Shown in pieces: positions 27,696 to 36,727 of a stretch of 64,000 nt of DNA. Source of the stretch: Patescibacteria group bacterium (lineage in GTDB: Bacteria > Patescibacteriota > Minisyncoccia > Ryanbacterales > GWA2-47-10b); the NCBI GenBank assembly GCA_038065475.1, contig JBBTQY010000008.1, forward strand, positions 6,562 through 70,561, given 5' to 3'. Numbering within the stretch: the stretch's first letter is position 1; each line of letters opens with the position of its first letter. The notes beneath the pieces were generated by a model that saw only the letters and a list, made by a program, of their open reading frames with translations, was not told where the DNA came from and ran no database searches. The position numbers and the translations under genes were made by a program.

Positions 27696-28757
27696 ATGGG
27701 AAAAAACCAAAACCTCACCATCCTCGGTATTGAAACCTCTTGCGATGAAACGGCTATCGCGGTTCTTGATGCATCGGGTGGACTTGCTTCTCCCAAGTTT
27801 CGCGTGCGGGCAAATATCGTCTCCTCGCAAATCAAACTGCATGCGCCTTACGGCGGCGTGGTACCCAATCTTGCCAAGCGCGAGCATATTCGTAACCTAC
27901 CCATTATCCTTGAGCAAGCGCTTCGCAAAGCCGGTATCGGTGATCCGCAAAAAGAAATTGATGCGATAGCGGTCACCGTAGGCCCCGGCCTTGAACCCGC
28001 ACTCTGGACGGGTATTACATTTACTCAAAAATTGGCCGAAGAGTGGAAATTGCCCGTAGTCGCCGCCAATCATATGGAAGGGCATTTGGTAACGCCGCTT
28101 TTAAATACACGAGTTACTAGCGTATCCTTCCCCGCAATCGCACTTTTGGTATCAGGAGGACATACCGAAATCGTACTCGTAAAATCGTGGAGCAAGTATG
28201 AAGTGTTGGGTGAAACGGTAGATGATGCCGCGGGTGAAGCGTTTGATAAAGTAGCGCGCATGCTCGAACTCCCCTACCCAGGAGGACCTGAGGTAAGTCG
28301 TCTCGCACGTACCGGCAATCGCTATGGCTTTTCATTCCCCCGCCCCATGCTGCAACAAAAAAATTATAATTTTAGTTTTTCGGGGCTCAAGACCGCCGTC
28401 CTCTATCAGCTGCGCGATCTTGTAGCGACAAAAACACCATTTAGCAAAAATGATATCGCCGCATCATTTGAAGATGCAGTTATCGATGTACTCATGCTCA
28501 AGACCATGCGTGCGGCCGCCGAATACGGTGCACCCTCGATCATCATCGGCGGAGGAGTTGCAGCAAACGCACACCTCAGGGCGCGCATGCGCGATGCGGT
28601 CAAAAAAGAAAAGCAGGGCCGTGCACTCTATTTGGCACCTCTTTCGATGACGGGAGATAACGCGGCAATGATCGCGGCGTCCGCCTATTTTCATGCGATT
28701 CGTGACGATTTCGCCAACTGGAAAAAGCTCGAAGCGCATGCTACGCTCCCTCTATAA
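27696..28757 (+). CDS. tsaD: tRNA N6-adenosine threonylcarbamoyltransferase TsaD (Kae1/YgjD)
   Basis: ILGIETSCDETAIAV N-terminus, metal-binding HMEGH, ASKH-fold length; ATG lies 2 nt after the tRNA-Val CCA. Confidence 0.9.
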   Translation: MGKNQNLTILGIETSCDETAIAVLDASGGLASPKFRVRANIVSSQIKLHAPYGGVVPNLAKREHIRNLPIILEQALRKAGIGDPQKEIDAIAVTVGPGLEPALWTGITFTQKLAEEWKLPVVAANHMEGHLVTPLLNTRVTSVSFPAIALLVSGGHTEIVLVKSWSKYEVLGETVDDAAGEAFDKVARMLELPYPGGPEVSRLARTGNRYGFSFPRPMLQQKNYNFSFSGLKTAVLYQLRDLVATKTPFSKNDIAASFEDAVIDVLMLKTMRAAAEYGAPSIIIGGGVAANAHLRARMRDAVKKEKQGRALYLAPLSMTGDNAAMIAASAYFHAIRDDFANWKKLEAHATLPL

Positions 28758-28835
28758 TCAAAGCGCAAATGAATCCCGTTAGAAATCTAGATACTCGGGA
28801 TTCATGATACATTATTCTCTATAATTTCTAACGGG

Positions 28836-30998
28836 ATGAAACTCGAAGACCTCCCAAAAAGCTACGAAGCTGAAGCACACGAAGACGACATCTTTCGCCT
28901 CTGGGAATCCTCAGGGTTTTTTAATCCTGATACGCTTCCTGATGCTGCATCGCGAAAACCTTTCTCTATCATGATGGCGCCTCCGAACATCACGGGGCAC
29001 ATCCATGTAGGCCACGCACTCGAAAACATTATCTCTGACATCATCATCCGCCGAAAACGCGCGGAAGGTTTCCGTCCCCTCTTTTTGCCTGGCAAAGATC
29101 ACGCAGGTATTGCCGGCCAGTACGCAGTAGAGAAAGAACTGAAAAAAGAAGGAATTACCCGCCATGCACTTGGCCGCGAAAAATTTGTCGAGCGCGTATG
29201 GGAATATATGCGCGAGATCGGCTCAAATATTGACCAGGAGCTCAAACATCTGGGTATTTCCGCTGACTGGTCACGCGCACGCTTCACCATGGATGAAGGC
29301 TATCAGCATGCCGTTGAGCAAGTTTTTTTGCATTACCACGAAAAAGGCTACATCTACCGCGGCAAACGCGTAGTCAATTGGTGCTCGCGGTGCCAAAGTA
29401 CTATCTCTGATCTCGAGATGGTCTATAAAGAAGAAAAGGGTAAACTCTATTTCATCCAATACGGCCCTGTCGTCATTGCGACAACGCGCCCTGAAACCAA
29501 GCTTGGTGATACCGCGCTCGCGGTAAATCCCAAAGATGAACGCTACAAAGACCATGTGGGCAAAACAATCACTATCGAATCAGTCGACCCTGATACAAAG
29601 GCTGGCAAATCGCCACGCAAAAAAGAATACGCGTTGCCCGTCGTAGCAGACGAGGCTGCCGACATGTCATTTGGATCGGGCATCATCAAAGTCACGCCCG
29701 CACACGATCTTACCGACTATGATATCGGTCAGCGCCACCCTGAGATAGAAATACGTGAGATTATCGGTATTGATGGACGTATGACGGAAGCGGCAGGCAT
29801 CAGGTATGCGGGTATGAAAGTAGCAGAAGCTCGTGAGGCGATCGTCAAAGACCTCGAAGAACTTGGGCTGTTGGTAAAAATAGAAGATCTCGATCATTCC
29901 GTGGGTGTCTGCGAACGCTGTGAGACTGTCATTGAGCCACTTTTATCTGATCAGTGGTTTGTAAAGATGGATAAGCTCGCTGATAAAGCGCGTAAAGCGA
30001 TCGAGAAAAATAAAGTTACGTTTGTGCCACCCAACCGAAAAGACATGATGCTTGATTGGGCGGCAAACCTGCGTGATTGGAATATTTCACGTCAACTCTG
30101 GTGGGGTCACCGCATTCCTGCTTGGCGCTGTGAGTGTAAAGAAAACGAAGAATGGCATGTGGGACTCGTGCCCCCGACAGACTCTTGCCGCAAGTGCAAA
30201 AAACCATGGAGGCAGACTGAAGATGTACTCGATACTTGGTTTTCCTCAGCACTCTGGCCGTTTGTGACACTTCACTGGCCCGACGAGACCGATGATCTCA
30301 AAGATTACTACCCTACTGCTCTCATTTCCTCCGCGCGTGAGATTTTTTATCTTTGGATTTTCCGTATGCTTTTCTCGGGCCTTGAATTTATGGACGAGGT
30401 ACCTTTTAAAACAATCTACACCCATCCAACTATCCTCGATAAAAGCGGCCGCAAGATGTCAAAATCAAAAGGCAATGTCGTCGATCCGATGAAACTTACC
30501 GACACCTACGGTATTGATGCCACGCGTTTTGGTCTTATTTGGCAAGCTATGGGCACTCAAGATATTCATTGGACGGAAGACCCTCTGCGTGCAGGCAAAA
30601 AATTTCTCAACAAACTTTGGAATTCATCACGCTTCATCATGGTACAGATCGGTACCGAACCCCGAGACTACAGGCGGCCAAAACCGAAAGATGAGGCTTC
30701 AAAAAAAGTACTCGAGGCGTGCGACAAGATGGAAAAGGCTGTCGCCGATTCAATCGCTTCATTTGAGTTTGGTCAGGGACTTCACGCGGCCTATGATTTT
30801 TTCTGGAATGATTTTTGTGCAGTCTATATTGAAGAAGCAAAGAAAAATCCGACGCGCGAGACACGCGACACACTCTTTTATGTACTTACTACTTCTCTTA
30901 AAAATCTTCATCCCTTTATTCCATTTATCACCGAATATATTTGGGATCTTCTTCCACACGCAGAAAAGCGCCTTTTGATCGCAGAAAGGTTACAATAA
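28836..30998 (+). CDS. valS: valine--tRNA ligase (short form lacking the C-terminal coiled coil)
   Basis: HIGH region PPNITGHIHVGHAL, KMSKS region RKMSKSKGN, CP1 editing domain; closest to ValRS among class Ia enzymes. Confidence 0.75.
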   Translation: MKLEDLPKSYEAEAHEDDIFRLWESSGFFNPDTLPDAASRKPFSIMMAPPNITGHIHVGHALENIISDIIIRRKRAEGFRPLFLPGKDHAGIAGQYAVEKELKKEGITRHALGREKFVERVWEYMREIGSNIDQELKHLGISADWSRARFTMDEGYQHAVEQVFLHYHEKGYIYRGKRVVNWCSRCQSTISDLEMVYKEEKGKLYFIQYGPVVIATTRPETKLGDTALAVNPKDERYKDHVGKTITIESVDPDTKAGKSPRKKEYALPVVADEAADMSFGSGIIKVTPAHDLTDYDIGQRHPEIEIREIIGIDGRMTEAAGIRYAGMKVAEAREAIVKDLEELGLLVKIEDLDHSVGVCERCETVIEPLLSDQWFVKMDKLADKARKAIEKNKVTFVPPNRKDMMLDWAANLRDWNISRQLWWGHRIPAWRCECKENEEWHVGLVPPTDSCRKCKKPWRQTEDVLDTWFSSALWPFVTLHWPDETDDLKDYYPTALISSAREIFYLWIFRMLFSGLEFMDEVPFKTIYTHPTILDKSGRKMSKSKGNVVDPMKLTDTYGIDATRFGLIWQAMGTQDIHWTEDPLRAGKKFLNKLWNSSRFIMVQIGTEPRDYRRPKPKDEASKKVLEACDKMEKAVADSIASFEFGQGLHAAYDFFWNDFCAVYIEEAKKNPTRETRDTLFYVLTTSLKNLHPFIPFITEYIWDLLPHAEKRLLIAERLQ

Positions 30999-31002
30999 CT
31001 GC

Positions 31003-31800
31003 ATGATTGACTGGTTAGCTCAAGCACTCAAACCAGTAGAGAGCTTAAACCTTGAACCACTCGCCTGGGCATTTGCCGCAGGGTTTCTCGCCGCGTTTGT
31101 CTGGCTTTGGTTTTGGCTTAAAGAAGACGAGTCACCCGAACCGCGGCGACTCATTATTCTTGCCTTTGTGGGTGGCATGCTTGCAATTCCGTTGGCACTC
31201 GTCATGCAATGCTCATGGCTTTCCGGGGTGCTCGATTATATAGGGTATTCGGACACTGATTGCACTCGAGGCGTACCATCAGACATATCGGGCAACATAA
31301 GCCTTATCTTACTCATTGGCTTTGCCGCAATCGAAGAGTTTGTGAAATATTTTGTGGTACTTGTGCTCATCTTCTGGCGCCGTGAATATGATGAGCCAGC
31401 GGACGCCATGATCTATCTCATTACTGCCGCCCTTGGCTTCGCGGCTGTGGAAAATGCCTTTTATCTCTGGAATCCATTTCAGACAGCAATCCTACACGGG
31501 TTTACAACCGCCAACCTCAGATTTCTGGGTCCCACCCTACTCCACACCCTTTCGTCAGGTATTTTCGGCTATTTTATCGCAAAAGGGTTCCTCTCAACCT
31601 GGTTTCGAGAGGAATTTGATGCCGTTTTAGGGTTTTTGGCGGCAACTGTGTTGCACTCGCTCTTTAATGTTTTTATACTTAGGTCAGAAGGGCACAGGAT
31701 CGAGCCCGCTCTGCTCTTGCTGATTGCGTCTGGTATTTTTATCCTCTTTTCGTTTGAGCGGATTAAGCATACAATTAGAAAATATTATGCCAAAAGATAG
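31003..31800 (+). CDS. PrsW-family intramembrane metalloprotease
   Basis: Polytopic membrane protein with EEFVKY (EExxK) and FxxxH (LHSLFN) motifs. Confidence 0.6.
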   Translation: MIDWLAQALKPVESLNLEPLAWAFAAGFLAAFVWLWFWLKEDESPEPRRLIILAFVGGMLAIPLALVMQCSWLSGVLDYIGYSDTDCTRGVPSDISGNISLILLIGFAAIEEFVKYFVVLVLIFWRREYDEPADAMIYLITAALGFAAVENAFYLWNPFQTAILHGFTTANLRFLGPTLLHTLSSGIFGYFIAKGFLSTWFREEFDAVLGFLAATVLHSLFNVFILRSEGHRIEPALLLLIASGIFILFSFERIKHTIRKYYAKR

Positions 31801-32317
31801 AAGATCATTTTTTGAACGCCTGACAGGTTCTGTCTCGGCGCCACAACAATCAGAAGAATATTTCGACGAAGACGAAATCGAGACGGAGCCACAACCGCCC
31901 CGTGCTCATTTGGCTGTTACCCATACCAAGCCGCGCGCCAAGTCAGCGCCCATCAAAAAAGAAGAAGATTGGATGACACCTGAAGAAGAAGGTCAGCTTA
32001 CGGTTGATGTCTACCAAAAAGACGATGAGATTGTGATCCAGTCAACCGTTGCGGGCGTCCGCCCTGATGATTTGGATGTACAGATCACCCGTGAGATGGT
32101 AACCATTCGCGGCAAACGCGAACAAGCGCGTGAAATCGCACATGATGACTACTACTACCAGGAACTCTACTGGGGCAGCTTCTCACGCTCGATACTCCTC
32201 CCCTGCGAAATCGATGTAGATGGTGCAGAAGCCTCACTCAAAAATGGTTTGCTTACCGTGCACCTACCAAAACTCGACAAAAACCGCTCGGAGCGCATCA
32301 AAGTAAAAAACGAATAA
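31787..32317 (+). CDS. Hsp20/alpha-crystallin family small heat-shock protein
   Basis: Alpha-crystallin domain (DVYQKDDEIVIQSTVAGV...TIRG...GSFSRS..LP...NGLLTVHLPK); start at ATG 31787 overlapping the prsW stop. Confidence 0.85.
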   Translation: MPKDRRSFFERLTGSVSAPQQSEEYFDEDEIETEPQPPRAHLAVTHTKPRAKSAPIKKEEDWMTPEEEGQLTVDVYQKDDEIVIQSTVAGVRPDDLDVQITREMVTIRGKREQAREIAHDDYYYQELYWGSFSRSILLPCEIDVDGAEASLKNGLLTVHLPKLDKNRSERIKVKNE

Positions 32318-32336
32318 AAGCTACTAAAACAAAAAA

Positions 32337-32362
32337 TCCCCGTACGGGGATTTTTTGTTTTT
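32337..32362 (+). terminator. rho-independent terminator
   Basis: tccccgtacgggga followed by ttttttgttttt. Confidence 0.6.
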
Positions 32363-32363
32363 C

Positions 32364-32438
32364 TGGTGCCGCGGGGGTGAATCGAACACCCGACACGACG
32401 CTCTTCAGGCGTCTGCTCTACCACTGAGCTACCACGGC
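32364..32438 (-). tRNA. tRNA-Phe(GAA), CCA encoded
   Basis: GCCGTGG TA GCTCAGTGGTAGAGC A GACGC CTGAAGA GCGTC ... GGGTGTTCGATTCACCC CCGCGGC A CCA. Confidence 0.9.
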
Positions 32439-32590
32439 GTGTGTAGAGAGATAATACCAGATGGGCTATATATTTCAATAATCTTGAAGTGAGGGATTCA
32501 CTCGCCCCCACGGCTCGCCCGCGGATTTTGCGCTTGAACCGGTGGCGCGCAAATCCGTTCGAATCCCTTTCATCAATACAACAAATAGAA

Positions 32591-32617
32591 AAGCTCGGGC
32601 ACAAAACCCGAGCTTTT
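32591..32617. terminator. bidirectional hairpin terminator
   Basis: agctcgggcacaaaacccgagct flanked by A- and T-runs. Confidence 0.45.
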
Positions 32618-32623
32618 CTATTT

Positions 32624-32695
32624 GTGCGCGGTGAGGGATTCGAACCCCCGACCTTTGCTGTGTAAAAGCACTGCTCTACCACTGAGCTAACCGCG
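32624..32695 (-). tRNA. tRNA-Val(TAC)
   Basis: GCGCGGT TA GCTCAGTGGTAGAGC A GTGCT TTTACAC AGCAA .. GGGGGTTCGAATCCCTC ACCGCGC A; one mismatch in the anticodon stem. Confidence 0.75.
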
Positions 32696-32786
32696 CGAGT
32701 TTACTTATTCTACACATTCTCATAAAAAAATAAACCCCGCCCACAACCGCCGTAATGGCGATTGCGGGTTGGGGTTTGTGCTACGT

Positions 32787-33185
32787 TCAGACGGCACCCT
32801 CCATCTCCTGGACGGAACCGAGGAGCCGCTCCCTCTCTTCGGGCTCGAGCTGGCAGGCGGGAATTTTTTCATAGCCCATCTGGCAGGCGAGATCGAGTGC
32901 TTCACGACGAGCCCTGTTATGCTTGTCATAGTTAAGCAAATCGCGCGTCAGATTGAGGCGAAGTTCGGTAGTCACGGTCATGATCCGCGCGACCACATCT
33001 GCGCGCGGGCCATTGTGAGGGATGCCGAACACTTCTTCGAATCTCTTTGCCGCAGCAGCATCCGCTGCCGCTTTCTTACTGCGGGTCTGCTCTCTACGAG
33101 AGCGTGACCTCTGCAGCACAGAGATGAGAAGAAGCGACGCACCCAGTGCGCCCATGACGATCTGCAAGACGTTTTGGTAGTCCAT
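32787..33185 (-). CDS. hypothetical membrane-anchored Arg-rich protein (GC-rich islet)
   Basis: ATG after AGGAGGG; N-terminal TM then RSRSRREQTRSKK; local GC well above the surrounding sequence. Confidence 0.5.
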   Translation of the reverse strand: MDYQNVLQIVMGALGASLLLISVLQRSRSRREQTRSKKAAADAAAAKRFEEVFGIPHNGPRADVVARIMTVTTELRLNLTRDLLNYDKHNRARREALDLACQMGYEKIPACQLEPEERERLLGSVQEMEGAV

Positions 33186-33277
33186 CTGGCCCTCCTGGCT
33201 AAAGTGCTAATGTTTGATCCTCAAATATAATATACAATTATTGATATTTGGTCAAGCACTTGTGTACAAAACCCTTG

Positions 33278-33349
33278 TGTCCTCGGCAGGAATCGAACCT
33301 GCATCACCTCCTTCGGAGGGAGATATTCTATCCATTGAACCACGAGGAC
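33278..33349 (-). tRNA. tRNA-Arg(CCG)
   Basis: GTCCTCG TG GTTCAATGGATAGAAT A TCTCC CTCCGAA GGAGG .. GCAGGTTCGATTCCTGC CGAGGAC A. Confidence 0.85.
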
Positions 33350-33356
33350 GTTTTAT

Positions 33357-33881
33357 TTATGTATGGCGATCAGCAACTACCGACGCGCCGTATGAATATG
33401 GCTTGATGACGGGTACAAAACCAAACCCGCGCACCATACCTGCAATGCCGTCGATAAATGACTTGGTAGGACCGTTGAGTCCCATATCGAGATGAATACA
33501 GCGAACCTCAAGCCGATCTTCCCAAAAGACTTCGTCACCTATCACCTCGCGCACCGTACTGCGAATCTCTTGCGCAAGGGTGATTGAGAAAAACGCCTCC
33601 TTCCAGATACGATCGCGAAGACCATGAAATTCTTGTGCGCTGCGCGTCCAAAAATAAATAGCGCCATTGCCAATTTTACGCACCACAATTGCCGTGACAA
33701 ACGCAGCGCTTCCACTCTCTGCCGCCTCTGAGTCACTTCCCACCACAATCTCATAGGTTGATTGCGGATCGAGCGCAATTTTGTCGCGAATACGCAACAC
33801 AACTTCGCGAAGAGAAAGTTGATCCCCCGCCTCTGAATGAAATATTTGCTCTGTGTTGTCAGATAAGGCTTTCTTGTACAT
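33357..33881 (-). CDS. hypothetical protein (possible RNase H-like fold)
   Basis: 174 aa, no definitive motif. Confidence 0.45.
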   Translation of the reverse strand: MYKKALSDNTEQIFHSEAGDQLSLREVVLRIRDKIALDPQSTYEIVVGSDSEAAESGSAAFVTAIVVRKIGNGAIYFWTRSAQEFHGLRDRIWKEAFFSITLAQEIRSTVREVIGDEVFWEDRLEVRCIHLDMGLNGPTKSFIDGIAGMVRGFGFVPVIKPYSYGASVVADRHT

Positions 33882-34440
33882 AAGCTTCCCTCTCGCGTGG
33901 TTTTATGTCAGACCAACGAACCGGTATGCGTATACGCCCCCGGTCGCGAGTGTCACCCAAGACAAACCCGCGCTCGCGGCCAAACTCGTAGAGGTCTCGA
34001 GTAAGCGTAACATCTTTTAGGCAATATTCCTTCACCTTGTCTTTGAGTCCGTCACGCCACCACCAAATGGCATCGAGCCCGTAGCCAATCTTGCCTACGC
34101 CGAGCGTTGCTCGCGTGAGGTTATCAAGAGAAAGTCTAAAGCCAGCAGACTTCTCAATATCTTCCATCAAATCGAGTACATGTAGCTTACCAAGATCAAT
34201 ACCGACATGTGGCTGCAACACTGGCAGGTCAAAATGGTTGATATTGAACCCAATGAGCAGACCTGAGTCTCTGAGCATTGGTTCAAGCTCGGAGAACTCA
34301 TGTTTTTCATAGGCATAGGCGCGCTTGGTGGTATAGGCATAGGTACCCACCACAGTTACGCCGAGCATTTGCATATTTTGCTTTCCTCCTACCTCTTTAA
34401 ATTCCTTTTCTGTTTCGATATCGAGTACGATTGTTTCCAT
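33859..34440 (-). CDS. DEDD-family 3'-5' exonuclease (DnaQ/PolB-exo-like)
   Basis: Exo I VLDIETE, Exo II GFNINHFDLPVL, Exo III YCLKDVTLTRDLY. Confidence 0.65.
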   Translation of the reverse strand: METIVLDIETEKEFKEVGGKQNMQMLGVTVVGTYAYTTKRAYAYEKHEFSELEPMLRDSGLLIGFNINHFDLPVLQPHVGIDLGKLHVLDLMEDIEKSAGFRLSLDNLTRATLGVGKIGYGLDAIWWWRDGLKDKVKEYCLKDVTLTRDLYEFGRERGFVLGDTRDRGRIRIPVRWSDIKPREREAYVQESLI

Positions 34441-34503
34441 AGGTGTGTATCTATTTTTATCATGCGGGGTGTTCGAGCGTCAAAACGCTGATATACTATT
34501 ACC

Positions 34504-35397
34504 ATGAATCAAGATGTGCTCTTACTCGCGGTCCTTGTTATCGGACTCATTGCAGTTGCGCACTTTACTACTATCGGCGGAGGCATCACTGGTGGAGTAC
34601 TCGCACCTCCGAACCCAAAAGCTGAGTTTGGTGTCATCCGCAGACAAGAATCTGTCGTGCGTGGACCAAGCACCTCACCTCCTCCTGGCGCCACCACTCC
34701 TCCACCCGTCACACCCCCGCCGCCTCCAACTCCGCAGCAAGACGTTCTTGCTCGCTCATTTTCGCTCTCGGCGCGCAATGCAAAATCACGTAATATCAAC
34801 GAAGAATATATAGAGATAATCTATTCGCCAGCAAAAAATGCCGCGCCCGTTGATATCAGTGACTGGATGGTAGGCGATAGCAAAGGCGAATCATATAAAC
34901 TTGGGGGGATCTCAATACTCCCCGGCTCCTCGTCGTTTGTAAACCAAGACCGGCTCGTGCTGCGCGGCACTTCACGCATCCATGTGGTAACCGGGCGCAG
35001 CCCTCTGGGGGAAAATTTTCGCATCAACAAATGCGCCCCTTACTTCTCACAATATAAAACATTCACGCCGCGCATCTCCGAATCTTGCCCGGTGCCATCA
35101 CGCGAGTCGGGGCAAGATGCATTGAGTGATACTTGCTATAAATATGTCAAAACACTATCTACTTGCCGTATACCTACCAATATCCCCCTCTTTCTTGATA
35201 ATACGTGCCGCGAATACATCACGCGTACAGCAAGCTACGATGCATGTGTAAAAAATCACAAAAATGATGCGGATTTTTATGGCGATGAATATTGGGTGTA
35301 TCTCAACCGCCCCGAACATATCTGGTCAGACGTGCGTGACTCAATAGTACTCAAAGACGCACGCGGATCGGTCATCAAGTCTATCTCATATCAGTAA
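34504..35397 (+). CDS. secreted protein with Pro-rich linker and lamin-tail-like domain
   Basis: Signal/TM, PPPGATTPPPVTPPPPPTP linker, EYIEIIYSPAKNAAPVDISDWMVGD..ILPGSS (LTD-like), Cys-rich C-terminus. Confidence 0.55.
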   Translation: MNQDVLLLAVLVIGLIAVAHFTTIGGGITGGVLAPPNPKAEFGVIRRQESVVRGPSTSPPPGATTPPPVTPPPPPTPQQDVLARSFSLSARNAKSRNINEEYIEIIYSPAKNAAPVDISDWMVGDSKGESYKLGGISILPGSSSFVNQDRLVLRGTSRIHVVTGRSPLGENFRINKCAPYFSQYKTFTPRISESCPVPSRESGQDALSDTCYKYVKTLSTCRIPTNIPLFLDNTCREYITRTASYDACVKNHKNDADFYGDEYWVYLNRPEHIWSDVRDSIVLKDARGSVIKSISYQ

Positions 35398-35857
35398 GGC
35401 GATAGAGCGCGATGCCGGCGGCAACTGATACGTTGAGTGATTCTTTTTTGCCTCGCATGGGAATGACGATGCTTGCATCAACCTTTTCTATAAGCGCGCC
35501 TGACAATCCTCGCACCTCATTGCCAACAATAAGCGCCAAAGGCTCACGCGGCGCAAACGATCGATAATCGACGGCGTCCGGCGTCTGCTCAAGTGCCACG
35601 ATATAAAAACCCTCTTTTTTAAGCTTTGCGATCAGACGCGAGATATCTGCAGTGCACTCCCATGCCACTGATTCTTCTGCGCCAAGCGCCGTCTTCGCAA
35701 TCTCTTTACGTACTCGCCCCATCTCATCGACAGGGCTCGGTGTATAGCCGGTCATATACACCTTGCTCACACCCGCACCATCAGCCGTACGCAATACGGA
35801 GCCTACATTGTGTAGGCTCCGTATATTGTGCAGAACTATGACAAGCTCCTCGTGCAC
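35381..35857 (-). CDS. SpoU/TrmH-family RNA 2'-O-methyltransferase
   Basis: SPOUT motifs VLHNIRSLHNVGSVLRTADGAGV, LIVGNEVRGLS, IPMRGKKESLNVSVAAGIALY. Confidence 0.85.
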   Translation of the reverse strand: MHEELVIVLHNIRSLHNVGSVLRTADGAGVSKVYMTGYTPSPVDEMGRVRKEIAKTALGAEESVAWECTADISRLIAKLKKEGFYIVALEQTPDAVDYRSFAPREPLALIVGNEVRGLSGALIEKVDASIVIPMRGKKESLNVSVAAGIALYRLTDMR

Positions 35858-35859
35858 GG

Positions 35860-36684
35860 TTATTTGATTTCGTAGATCAATGAGACGTTGGCGATGATCT
35901 CATTTTCGCCAACCTGAATACTTGGTGCGGGTGCCACACTTGCCTCCATAGCGATCCCTCCCTTGCCCATATCGCGACCATAGTAGAGCGGGCCGCCGCC
36001 ATACTCATTGAACCCTGCGAGCTTGCCGAGACGCACCCCGAGGTTACCTGCGAGTACTTTGGCCTGTTCTCGAGCTTTCTCGATAGCGGCTTCACGTGCC
36101 TCAAACTTGAGACGCTCGAGAACCTCATCATCAACCGTAAACTGGAGCTGACCGATCTCGTTTACCCCTGCTTGCGTCACACCAGTTGTAATAGAGCCGA
36201 TTGTATCGAGCTTACGTACTTTGATTGAGAATGACTCTTGCACGATAAATTTCTTCTCTCCTTTGCGTGGTGGGCAGACGACACTTGCGCCATCTGAGCT
36301 TACGCATGGGCGGTAATCATACTCTTCTTGAGGATAAATATTGTACGCGGTTGTCTTGATATCGCGATCTTCGATGCCATTTTTCTTGAGAAAATCGACA
36401 ACTGCCTGTGATTTTTTCGAAGCAGCATCGCGAGCTTTCTCGAGTGATGCATTTTCCTCGCGTATCGTAAATGTAACCAGACCGATATCAGGTTTTACCA
36501 CACGCTTCTCTTCAGCAGATACCGAGATGGTGCGCGTTGGGTAGTCTTGGCTGCGATACATATTTTTTGCTGCAACGAGCAAAAAGAGTGCGAGTGACAC
36601 AAAAACAATAATAGTAAGCCAGCGCATTGCGCCACCCCCGCGTGAGCTTACGGAAACCTTAAACCCTTCTTTCTCCTGTTCCAT
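35860..36684 (-). CDS. SIMPL/BP26 (DUF541) family periplasmic protein
   Basis: N-terminal TM, conserved central and C-terminal SIMPL regions (GENEIIANVSLIYEI). Confidence 0.7.
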   Translation of the reverse strand: MEQEKEGFKVSVSSRGGGAMRWLTIIVFVSLALFLLVAAKNMYRSQDYPTRTISVSAEEKRVVKPDIGLVTFTIREENASLEKARDAASKKSQAVVDFLKKNGIEDRDIKTTAYNIYPQEEYDYRPCVSSDGASVVCPPRKGEKKFIVQESFSIKVRKLDTIGSITTGVTQAGVNEIGQLQFTVDDEVLERLKFEAREAAIEKAREQAKVLAGNLGVRLGKLAGFNEYGGGPLYYGRDMGKGGIAMEASVAPAPSIQVGENEIIANVSLIYEIK

Positions 36685-36727
36685 ATAGTTTATTTAATAT
36701 AGTAATCAGTAAAGATGACCCTTGTAC

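Noticed and set aside
28758-28835. T-box riboswitch upstream of valS
   Set aside because: The region is only about 80 nt, has no T-box consensus (AATTAGGGTGG-like) and no specifier or antiterminator architecture.
32488-32580. tRNA-like fragment between tRNA-Phe and tRNA-Val (gtgagggattc...cgaatccc)
   Set aside because: It has T-arm-like ends but no complete cloverleaf could be drawn. It is probably a decayed tRNA copy, so it is not called as a gene.
32167-32682. 171-aa minus-strand ORF
   Set aside because: It spans tRNA-Phe, a terminator and tRNA-Val, so it is a tRNA-cluster shadow ORF.
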